A stretch of 64,000 nucleotides of DNA from an uncultured Clostridia bacterium (GTDB taxonomy: Bacteria; Bacillota; Clostridia; TANB77; CAG-508): contig CANPFR010000006.1 of assembly GCA_947573445.1 (NCBI GenBank), positions 14,560 through 78,559 on the forward strand, written 5' to 3'. Shown here in pieces: positions 9,636 to 18,592 of this stretch (the first letter of the stretch is position 1; the number at the start of each line of letters is the position of its first letter). Made by a program: the position numbers and the translations under genes. Under the pieces are notes generated by a model, which ran no database searches, was not told the origin of the DNA, and saw only the letters and a program-made list of their open reading frames with translations.

Positions 9636-12032
9636 ATGAAAATTAAAAACCAAATTAAAATCACACTTATTTTTATTATGTTAATATTATTTCCAATATT
9701 AGCATTTGCGGAAGAAGAATTCGTTTTACCGCAATACACAGAGGAATACAAACAATGGCTAGCATTGCCAGAAGAAGAAAAGCAAAAATGCATGGAACCA
9801 CAAGCGTATGAAACGATAGATGATTCTTCTGAAAATGTAACATTTTCAGAAGATAGGAATTTGAATGCATCAGCATCTAATTTGCCTTCTAGTTATCAAC
9901 GAAATGATTATGGAAGTGTAAAAGATCAAGGCGGTTCAAATGCTTGTTGGGCTTATTCAGCAGCTACGATGTTTGATACGAATTATGCTGTTACGAATCA
10001 AGCAACACGCAAAATATTTTCCAATCTACATATGGATTATATGACTTCCTACCAATACAATCAAAATGGATTTAATCGAAGAGTTGATTCAGGGGGGAAT
10101 ATTCAAATTGCATTAGCTTATGCTACCAATGGTATGGGAATTGCTTTAGAATCAGAAATGCCATTTAAAATTGATGCAACAACAATGGCAAGTGTGCCAA
10201 TTCAAGCAAAAGTTAATGATTATATTGAATTATCTGGCCAGTCTCAAATGAAAGATTATCTTTATCGATATGGTGTTATTTCGGCGTTTACTTATAGTGG
10301 AGGAAGTGCTTTTTATTCTGTTTCTTCTGCTTCGGATTTGTTTAATAATCCCAATTTAGCGTATTGCTGTGATCAAAATATTACAGCCAATCATGCAGTA
10401 ACTTTAGTTGGCTGGAATGACAATTATACCAATGCTAGTTTTCCAAATAAAAAAGGTGCTTATCTTGCCTTAAATTCATATGGTGCCAATTTTGGAAATA
10501 ATGGTCTATATTACATTTTCTATGATGATATTTTTGTTAATTCTAAAACTTATGCAGCTACCAATACAAGCGATATTAAATATGATTATCTGTATCAACA
10601 CGATCCTTATGGTTCTACTGCTCATGCAGGTTATACAACTGGAACTTATGCTGCTAATGTATTTACCAAAAAAGATACAAAATATACGGAAACGATAACA
10701 GAAATAAGTTCTTATTTTCCAACTGCTGGGGAAATAACGATTTATATTAATGCAAATGGAGCTGATGTCAAAACAAGTAGTGCAACTAAAACAGTGAAAA
10801 CAACAATTACAAAGCCAGGGTATCATACCATCCAATTAAAAGAAGCAGTTCAAGTAAAAGGGGAAAAATTTGCTGTTGGTATTCGATATCCAGATTATAT
10901 GTCAGTTGAGCTTCCAACGCCAAGTGGTTGGTGTTCAACGATAACTTCAAGTTTAGGCGAAAGTTACATATCAAAAGATGGTGAACATTATTTTGATGCC
11001 CAACAAGCTTATACACAATACAAATATGCAAATGCTTGTATCAAAGCATTTACGAAAAAAGGTGAACCAATCAAAACAGAACCACCAAAAGAGAATTTAC
11101 CAGTTTCAGGTTATCATGATGATTTGATAAACTATGTATTTGATTCTCAATATTATGCAGATCATAACCCAGATTTATATATTGCCTATGGTTACAACGA
11201 ATCAGCCCTAAGAAATCACTGGAATACTTATGGAATTGCAGAAGGAAGACCTGCTTCACCAGTGTGGGATCCCAATTATTATGTTTCACAAAATTTGGAT
11301 TTAGCCAAAGCGTTTGGACGTGATTATATTGCATTGTACAATCATTTTATGAATTATGGTTATGCAGAATATAGAAAAAGTTCACTAGAATATGATGCGA
11401 GATATTATAGAAGTCACAATAATGATTTAAAAAATATGTCTTCCATGGAATTGATTAGACATTATTCTATTTTTGGAAAAAATGAATTAAGAAGAGCAAG
11501 CCAAAAATATGATATAACTAGGTATTTATTTGATCCACAGGTATATGCTACTTGTAATCCAGATGTTCGAAATGCGTTTGGTAACAATGAATATTTACTA
11601 AAGAAACACTGGTATGAGTTTGGAATCAGGGAAGGAAGAATTGCTAGTTTCTTATTTGATGCGAGATATTATTTAAGAAATAATAAGGATTTAGTAAATG
11701 CCTTTTCACAAACTAATTATACAGCAGCATATTACCATTTTATTGAATATGGATTTACGGAGCAAAGACAAGGAAATGCTTTATTTTCTACGACCTATTA
11801 TTTGGCTCAAAATACAGATTTGAGAAAAGCTTTTGGTGAAAATTGTTTAAAAGGTGTTAATCATTTTTATCACTTTGGAAGAAGAGAGAGAAGAAGAACA
11901 GCTCAGCGTTTTAATGTAATTGCTTATCGTTCCAAAAACAAGGATTTACAAAATGCTTTTGGTGGAAATTATGAGCAATATTGGATGCATTATTTGCAAT
12001 ATGGTCAATATGAAAATAGAATTTGTTTATAA
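9636..12032 (+). CDS. secreted papain-like (C1) cysteine peptidase with C-terminal ~36-aa repeat module
   Basis: Signal peptide MKIKNQIKITLIFIMLILFPILAFA. Catalytic Cys context QGGSNACWAYSAAT, giving the C1 peptidase assignment, with the active His inferred near NHAVTLVGW. About eight C-terminal repeats of Y..N.DL..AFG.N...L..H....G..EGR are shared with the 13288 gene. Confidence 0.75.
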   Translation: MKIKNQIKITLIFIMLILFPILAFAEEEFVLPQYTEEYKQWLALPEEEKQKCMEPQAYETIDDSSENVTFSEDRNLNASASNLPSSYQRNDYGSVKDQGGSNACWAYSAATMFDTNYAVTNQATRKIFSNLHMDYMTSYQYNQNGFNRRVDSGGNIQIALAYATNGMGIALESEMPFKIDATTMASVPIQAKVNDYIELSGQSQMKDYLYRYGVISAFTYSGGSAFYSVSSASDLFNNPNLAYCCDQNITANHAVTLVGWNDNYTNASFPNKKGAYLALNSYGANFGNNGLYYIFYDDIFVNSKTYAATNTSDIKYDYLYQHDPYGSTAHAGYTTGTYAANVFTKKDTKYTETITEISSYFPTAGEITIYINANGADVKTSSATKTVKTTITKPGYHTIQLKEAVQVKGEKFAVGIRYPDYMSVELPTPSGWCSTITSSLGESYISKDGEHYFDAQQAYTQYKYANACIKAFTKKGEPIKTEPPKENLPVSGYHDDLINYVFDSQYYADHNPDLYIAYGYNESALRNHWNTYGIAEGRPASPVWDPNYYVSQNLDLAKAFGRDYIALYNHFMNYGYAEYRKSSLEYDARYYRSHNNDLKNMSSMELIRHYSIFGKNELRRASQKYDITRYLFDPQVYATCNPDVRNAFGNNEYLLKKHWYEFGIREGRIASFLFDARYYLRNNKDLVNAFSQTNYTAAYYHFIEYGFTEQRQGNALFSTTYYLAQNTDLRKAFGENCLKGVNHFYHFGRRERRRTAQRFNVIAYRSKNKDLQNAFGGNYEQYWMHYLQYGQYENRICL

Positions 12033-12047
12033 ACAGGAGCTAAGAAA

Positions 12048-12719
12048 ATGCAAGCTTTAAAGGTGTTTTATGAAGATAATCATGTGATTGTTGTAGAAAA
12101 GCCGAATAATGTACCATCACAAGCGGATAAAACGGGTGATGAGGATATGTTAACAAAAATCAAAGAATATATGAAAGAAAAGTATCATAAGCCAGGAAAT
12201 GTGTATCTTGGTTTGGTTCACCGTTTGGATAGACCAACTGGTGGGATTATGGTATTTGCCAAAACGTCTAAAGCAGCGGCTAGATTGAGTGAGCAAATCC
12301 GCAATAAACAAGTACAGAAAAAATATTTAGCGATGTGTGATGGAAAACCAGAAAAAGCAAAGGATACTTGGTGCGATTTTTTGCTGAAGACAGAAAGAAC
12401 CAATACAAGTAGAGTGGTTCCAGAAGGAACCAAAAATGCGAAAGAAGCAATTTTGGATTATGAAATTCTAGCATATAAGGAAAAAACGAATTTATCGGTT
12501 GTAAAAGTAAATTTACGAACAGGTAGACATCATCAAATAAGAGTTCAATTTGCTTCCAGAGGCTATAGTTTGTATGGTGACCAAAAATATGGAGTCCGTG
12601 GAAGAGGAAAGCAATTAAGACTTTGGGCGTATTATTTAAGTTTTTATCATCCAATCACAAAAGAGAAAATGGAATTTGAAGAGATTCCAGAAATGTTTTT
12701 GCAGAAAAAATTGTCATAA
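12048..12719 (+). CDS. RluA-family pseudouridine synthase
   Basis: HRLDRPTGGIMVFAKT is the RluA catalytic motif. Size 223 aa. Confidence 0.85.
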   Translation: MQALKVFYEDNHVIVVEKPNNVPSQADKTGDEDMLTKIKEYMKEKYHKPGNVYLGLVHRLDRPTGGIMVFAKTSKAAARLSEQIRNKQVQKKYLAMCDGKPEKAKDTWCDFLLKTERTNTSRVVPEGTKNAKEAILDYEILAYKEKTNLSVVKVNLRTGRHHQIRVQFASRGYSLYGDQKYGVRGRGKQLRLWAYYLSFYHPITKEKMEFEEIPEMFLQKKLS

Positions 12720-12775
12720 ATTTTTGACTTTGGCATATATATTAATAAAAGCATCAAATGTAAAGGAGGAAATTT

Positions 12776-12889
12776 ATGAAAAAATTTTTAATTGGAATGA
12801 TTCTAATTGGGACAATCCTAAGCGTTGGATTTTTCATTGGCTTATTATACAATTTTGTTATGCTATTACAAACGCTAAGTGGAGGATGA
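12776..12889 (+). CDS. small hydrophobic peptide (37 aa)
   Basis: Not in the ORF track, which omits ORFs under 60 aa. Near-perfect RBS AAAGGAGGA 7 nt upstream of the ATG. Encodes MKKFLIGMILIGTILSVGFFIGLLYNFVMLLQTLSGG. Confidence 0.35.
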   Translation: MKKFLIGMILIGTILSVGFFIGLLYNFVMLLQTLSGG

Positions 12890-13287
12890 AAGGGAGAAAT
12901 CCCTCTTACATAAAAATCAATTCCAATTTTCTTGACATTTTTTGCGAAATTTATTAAAATAAAAATAGAAGAGAAAAAGGCAATTTGCAGAAGTGGAACT
13001 CTACTTTTGTAAATTGACTTTTTTACATTTTTTGATGAAAAATGACTAAAAAACAAAATAAAACGCTATAAACGACATTTAATTATGTTTTAGAGGCATA
13101 AAATCGAAGGGTATGAGAAAAAAGAGAAGACAAAAGAAGAAGGGGGGAAGCAAGGAATAAGAAGATAATTAAATGATTGCTAAAACAAATTACAAAAGTA
13201 GTGTAATTAAAAATATGCGGATTAAAAAAACTTTACAAAGTAAAAAGTAAATGATATAATAAAACCAAAAAAAGGAGGATATTTTTT

Positions 13288-15075
13288 ATGAAAGTACAAA
13301 AAAAGATTTTATTTTTGTTTTTTTTACTTCTGATGGTGTTTTCAGCAAAATGTTTTGCTGTTTCAGAAGGTGAGAAAATTGTTTGCCATGATGTAACAAC
13401 AACTATGCCACAAGTTAGCCAATCTTCTAGCGAAGAGGAAGATCCACTTTATCTCAAATTTTCGAATATGCCATCTGTTAGTACAAGTGCATCAGGGGAT
13501 CGTATAAGCAGTTTGATTGCAACCTATCAAAATGAGACAACAGCAGTTGGAATTGATGTTTCTCGTTTTCAAGGGGACATTAATTGGAAAGCAGTTGCCG
13601 ATTCAGGCGTTAAATTTGCGATAATTCGATGTGCCTATCGAGGTTATGCAGCGGAAGGAAATATTGCCATCGATCCTAAATTTGAAGCGAATATAAGAGG
13701 GGCATTGGAAAATGGAATTTATGTTGGTGTTTACTTTTTTTCAACAGCACTTAATGAAGCAGAAGCACTTCAAGAAGCTGCAGTTACGCTTGATTTAATA
13801 CAAGGTTATGATGTGAAATTTCCAATTGCTTACGATTTTGAGTATTTTAACGATGTACCCAATTATCGAACCAATGGTTTGTCAAAAGAGCAGTTAAATG
13901 CCAATGCCAAAGTATTTTTGGATTATATTAATAGTAGAGGTTACCAATCGTCTCTTTATGGTAGTACTAATTATTTAAATAACACATGGAGTCCTGCTTT
14001 ACGTTCTTCGTACGATGTTTGGGTGGCTCATTATTATGTTGATAAACCAACTTATGGTGGTCAATATGCGATGTGGCAATGTACAGATAGAGGAAGTGTA
14101 CCAGGTATTAGTACAGTAGTGGATGTGGATATTGATTATCAATATTATCGTTCGTTTAATAATACGAATGTAGCAGCATGTTTGTTTAATGCAACCTATT
14201 ATGCGGATCGTTATTCCGATTTAAAAGCGGCTTATGGTTACAATGCATCCGCTTTGGAAAGTCATTATGAAACATTTGGAAAACGAGAAGGACGTAGTGC
14301 TTCACCAGCGTTTGATCCAGTGTATTATGTGAATCAATATACGGATTTGAAACAAGCTTTTCGAACTGATTACAGGGCGGCATTTAACCATTTTGTAAGT
14401 TATGGAATTTATGAAGGAAGGCAAGGAAGTAAATATTTTTCAGCAACCGATTATTTAAACTATCATGGAGATGTGAAAAAAGCTTATTATGGTAGTAGAA
14501 CAGGGGCTTTGTTCCATTTTTGGCATTTTGGTATTTCAGAAGGAAGACAAGGGAGCAGTCAATTTCGTGTAAAGAATTATTACAATTCACAAAGTAGTTA
14601 CACAAAAAAGAAATTAGGGACAGAATACATAAAATATTATGCTTTAGCAGAAGGTGGACAACCAATTCATGACCCAGCGATTGATATTACTAATTATTTA
14701 TTTGATGCAAATTATTATGTGAGTCAATATGAGGATTTAAAACAAGTTTTTGGCAATCATGTAGCAGCTTTAAAAGAGCATTATGAAACATTTGGAAAAC
14801 GAGAAGGACGTAGTGCCAGTCCAGTATTTGATCCAGTGTATTATGTGAATCAATACACAGATTTGAAACAAGCTTTTCAAACCGATTATGTGGCAGCATT
14901 TAATCATTTTGTAAATTATGGAATTCATGAAGGAAGAAAAGCAAGCAGTCAATTTAATGTTCAAAAGTATATTAGTTATTACAGTGATTTACAAGCAGAA
15001 TTTGGACCAAATCTTTCAAAAGCGTTAGAGCATTATATATTATTTGGAAGAAAAGAAGGTAGAAAGTCAGTTTAG
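13288..15075 (+). CDS. secreted GH25 muramidase (lysozyme) with C-terminal ~36-aa repeat module
   Basis: Signal peptide. GIDVSRFQGDINWKAVADSGVKFAIIRCAYRG is the GH25 catalytic-domain opening. The C-terminal repeats are the same family as in the 9636 gene. Confidence 0.8.
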   Translation: MKVQKKILFLFFLLLMVFSAKCFAVSEGEKIVCHDVTTTMPQVSQSSSEEEDPLYLKFSNMPSVSTSASGDRISSLIATYQNETTAVGIDVSRFQGDINWKAVADSGVKFAIIRCAYRGYAAEGNIAIDPKFEANIRGALENGIYVGVYFFSTALNEAEALQEAAVTLDLIQGYDVKFPIAYDFEYFNDVPNYRTNGLSKEQLNANAKVFLDYINSRGYQSSLYGSTNYLNNTWSPALRSSYDVWVAHYYVDKPTYGGQYAMWQCTDRGSVPGISTVVDVDIDYQYYRSFNNTNVAACLFNATYYADRYSDLKAAYGYNASALESHYETFGKREGRSASPAFDPVYYVNQYTDLKQAFRTDYRAAFNHFVSYGIYEGRQGSKYFSATDYLNYHGDVKKAYYGSRTGALFHFWHFGISEGRQGSSQFRVKNYYNSQSSYTKKKLGTEYIKYYALAEGGQPIHDPAIDITNYLFDANYYVSQYEDLKQVFGNHVAALKEHYETFGKREGRSASPVFDPVYYVNQYTDLKQAFQTDYVAAFNHFVNYGIHEGRKASSQFNVQKYISYYSDLQAEFGPNLSKALEHYILFGRKEGRKSV

Positions 15076-15330
15076 AAAAAAACAACTAATGTAGGGGCTG
15101 GAGTTTAATCCACCCTCTACAGAGGTTGTTTTGTGTTTTTGAATGAAAAATCATTCATTTTTGCATAAAGATGCCTTAAAACGCCTCTAAATGCGTTAGA
15201 GACACATAAAAATACAAGGTATCAAGAAAATGGAAAAATGAAATGTAGGGGTTGGATTTTGGTTCGCCATCCCAGGAATTGTTTTTTATTTTCAAATGAA
15301 AAATCATTCCTAAATAATATAAAAGGTTAT
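15076..15330. repeat. tandem 1.5 copies of an intergenic repeat unit containing a terminator-like hairpin
   Basis: aatgtaggggYtggaKtt...hairpin...ttttt followed by gaatgaaaaatcattc occurs at 15088 and 15244. The first hairpin, AACAAC...GTTGTT with a T-run (15082-15140), probably terminates the GH25 gene. Confidence 0.5.
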
Positions 15331-15441
15331 GATTTTGTATGGGAGGCAGAAGGACGATAATCGGTTAAATGAAAAGAAAGCCTTGCTTTTTTTTAAAACA
15401 AATGATATGATTTTTTACAAATATTGAGGAGTTTTTTAAAC

Positions 15442-16077
15442 ATGGGAATGTCAATTGAAGAATATAAAAAAATTGTGCTACAGCAAGAGGGAGGCAAAAG
15501 AAAAAGTGCAGTTCGCCAATTGCAAGGAAAAATTAATCGTGAATTAGGCAAAAATTTCGAAGAGCAAATTGAGGCAATCGCAGAAATTTACAAATTTGAC
15601 AAAATGGCAATTGTTGAGAAAACACCAGAACCAATGAAAATTCTGAAACATATTGAGAATGGACGTTTTGAAACTGTTTTTTTAAAATCTGCTCAACCAG
15701 ATTTTAAAGGCACCATAAAAGGGGGCAGAACGGTTGTGTTTGATGCTAAATTTACAGAATCTACAGCAATTTCCTATCAAGCACTAAGTGACCACCAACG
15801 AGAGGTTTTGATGCAATACGATGAATTAGGGGCAATGGCATTTGTTTTAGTTGGTTTTGCAGATGGGAATATGTATAAAATCGATATCAAAACTTGGAGA
15901 AACATGAAAGAAATATTTGGTCATAAACATATCAAACAACAGGAGATGGAGGAACACCAGCTAAAAGCACAACATGCCCCAAATGGCATGATTGACTTTT
16001 TGGGGATGTATCCAAAAAAGAGTAAGGAGGGAAAATATGGGGAAAATGAAAAATTTAATGGCAAAAATGTCAGATGA
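15442..16077 (+). CDS. recU: Holliday junction resolvase RecU
   Basis: PDFKGTIKGGRTVVFDAKFTE...HQREVL...AFVLVGF matches the RecU PD-(D/E)xK core (GK.i.FEAK.T...FPL.n...HQ). Confidence 0.7.
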   Translation: MGMSIEEYKKIVLQQEGGKRKSAVRQLQGKINRELGKNFEEQIEAIAEIYKFDKMAIVEKTPEPMKILKHIENGRFETVFLKSAQPDFKGTIKGGRTVVFDAKFTESTAISYQALSDHQREVLMQYDELGAMAFVLVGFADGNMYKIDIKTWRNMKEIFGHKHIKQQEMEEHQLKAQHAPNGMIDFLGMYPKKSKEGKYGENEKFNGKNVR

Positions 16078-17672
16078 AGTTAAAGAATTGGTAAAAAAAT
16101 TTCCAGTCACAATGCTTATCGTTGTATTTATCACGTTGCTTTTAGTGACAGTGGATATGCATGTTTTAGGAAATATGAGCCATATATTAGATAAAATATA
16201 TGTATTTTCTATGATTTGGACCATAGGGACGATTTTTACAGAAACGTGGTTTGTCAAAAAGACAAATCGAATGATAAGTTATGGATTAACAGCAGGCATC
16301 AGTTTGGTATTTGTTCAGATGTTGACATCTTCTGAGATAACAAAAGGCCAAGAAGAGCTTGTTTCTCGATTTTTGGCGGCATATATAATGATTCTTATTT
16401 GTTTTAGTATTTACAAATCGATTAAAAATGCAGAATTGAAATTGGAAGAATATATTCTCCAATTATTTCGAGATTTATTTAATATGACAACTACTTACCT
16501 GATTTTAAACATTGGTGTGGTAATGTTAACAGGCATTTTTGTACAATTGATTTTAGATGGCAAATGGCGGAGATATGATAGGGCGTTTGATGATATTATT
16601 AGTTGGTTTATTTTATGTACCATCAATGATTTATAGTTTTTCTGGTATTTCCAAAAAAGGTGTCAATTCTTTTATCAAAGGCTTGGTTTTATATGTATTA
16701 TTGCCCTTGATAACAATTGCAATTGCGATTATTTATTTGTATATTGCTAAAATTATTTTATTAAAAGATATGCCACAAAATACGATTTATCGAATTTTGG
16801 CTAGTATTTTTGTTGTGGCATTTCCTGTTTGGAATATGGCGAAAAATTATCAAGAAGAAAAGCCATGGTTGGGGAAAATTGCGAAGGGGTTGCCTTATGT
16901 TTATGCACCATTTATTTTGCTTGAGATTTATTCGATTGGGACAAGAATACAAGAATTTGGTGTTACTCCAATGCGATATGTTTCGTGCTTATTTATTGTA
17001 TTTCAAATAATGGTACTTTTCCTTACATTTTATCGTAAAGGCGAGAAAATAGAGTATCTTTTTATGGGAACAGTGGTGCTTGTTGTGATTTTGTTTGTTT
17101 CACCTTGGCATTATGAAAATGTATCCAATTGGAGCCAAAAGGGAATCCTAGAAAGGTTGATGCCAGAAAATACGAGTTTTGATTCTTTGTCAGAAGTAGA
17201 AAAAGGACGTGTTAGTAGTGCTTATGAGTATTTGAAGTACGAGGAAAAGGGAAAAAAGTGCATTCCTAGTTATTTGAGTGAGGAAGAAAAAGCAAAAATC
17301 GAGGAATACAGCAAGTTCGATAACAGAGATACAGCATATCCACTGTATGTTTCAGTGGAATGCGAGTTGGAATTAGCACTTGAGGAATATTCGAAAATAA
17401 CATATGTGAGTGGGGGAAATGAGCAAGAGAAAAAAGCTATTATACAATTAAAAAAGAGTGGCAGAGAAATTGATTTGACAGACAAAATCGAGGAATTAAT
17501 ACACCAAGAGAATAAAAATCAAATGGAGTTAGAGGAAGATTTTGCAGAAAATAATATGGTTCGAATTAGTGAAACAGAGGATTTATATATTTCCAGATGT
17601 TCATTTAGTTATGATAAAACGCAACAAAAGTTCAATTATTTGCGTGTGGAAGGGTATATTTTGGAAAGATAG
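16037..17672 (+). pseudogene. large polytopic membrane protein (DUF4153-like), two overlapping ORFs separated by a +1 frame break near 16558
   Basis: ORFs 15992-16636 (frame 2) and 16557-17672 (frame 0) overlap by 80 nt. The hydrophobic sequence continues across the break if one base is removed at ATGG[C]GGAG. Start 16037 has RBS AAGGAGGG. Confidence 0.5.
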
Positions 17673-17704
17673 TAAACGGAAATGTTAAAAATAAGAAACA
17701 AAAA

Positions 17705-17733
17705 AACGATTCTTTTGGGGAATCGTTTTTTTT
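17705..17733 (+). terminator. rho-independent terminator
   Basis: Stem AACGATTC / GAATCGTT with loop TTTTGGG, then T6. Confidence 0.7.
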
Positions 17734-17881
17734 GGGGGGTGTTAGAAAAGTATGTGAAAATTTATTTCAATTGTGTAAATTTGTGTGATTCTTCATAAAA
17801 TCTTAATAATTTCTCTATTTTTTCTTCATAAATTTTGTGTTATAATAAGTTTATGCAAATCAAGTAAAGAGGGGAAAGGAA

Positions 17882-18577
17882 ATGTACAATATTTTAGTTT
17901 GCGATGATGATAAAGAGATTGTTCAAGCAATTGAAATTTATTTGAATGAGAAAGGTTATAATATTTTAAAAGCATATGATGGTGCACAATGTTTGAAGAT
18001 TTTGAGGGAAAATACCGTACATTTAATTATATTGGATATTATGATGCCACATATGGACGGCCTAGAGGCTTTGGGGCGTATTCGAGAAGAGAAAGAAATA
18101 CCTGTGATTATGTTATCTGCTAAATCAGAAGATGAAGATAAAATCAGTGGATTAGATTTGGGGGCAGATGATTATGTGACAAAGCCATTCAATCCAATGG
18201 AATTGATAGCAAGAGTCAATTCATGTATTCGAAGATACACCAAATTTGGTATGTTAACAGAAGAAGAGAACCAACCAATTTATCAAACAGGTGAATTGAG
18301 GATGGATGATAATTTGAAAAAAGTCACAGTAGATGGTACAGAAATTAAGTTAACACCAACAGAATATAACATTTTATTGTTTTTAATTCAGAACAAAGGA
18401 AAAGTATATTCCATTGAACAGATTTATCAAAATGTTTGGGAAGAGGAAGCCTTTGGTGCAGAAAATATCATTGCTGTTCATATTCGTCATATTCGCGAAA
18501 AAATTGAAATCAATCCCAAAGAACCTAAATATTTAAAGGTAATTTGGGGAATTGGATATAAAATAGAAAAAATATGA
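17882..18577 (+). CDS. OmpR-family response regulator
   Basis: Receiver domain (VCDDD...LDIMMPHMDG) plus C-terminal winged-helix (trans_reg_C-like). Confidence 0.85.
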   Translation: MYNILVCDDDKEIVQAIEIYLNEKGYNILKAYDGAQCLKILRENTVHLIILDIMMPHMDGLEALGRIREEKEIPVIMLSAKSEDEDKISGLDLGADDYVTKPFNPMELIARVNSCIRRYTKFGMLTEEENQPIYQTGELRMDDNLKKVTVDGTEIKLTPTEYNILLFLIQNKGKVYSIEQIYQNVWEEEAFGAENIIAVHIRHIREKIEINPKEPKYLKVIWGIGYKIEKI

Positions 18578-18592
18578 GAAGGAGGAAAAAGT

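Noticed and set aside
12676-13056. ORFs 12676-12957 (+) and 12754-13056 (-)
   Set aside because: They overlap the rluA-like 3' end and the AT-rich intergenic region, lack an RBS, and have low-complexity composition. The short RBS-preceded peptide at 12776 is the better candidate.
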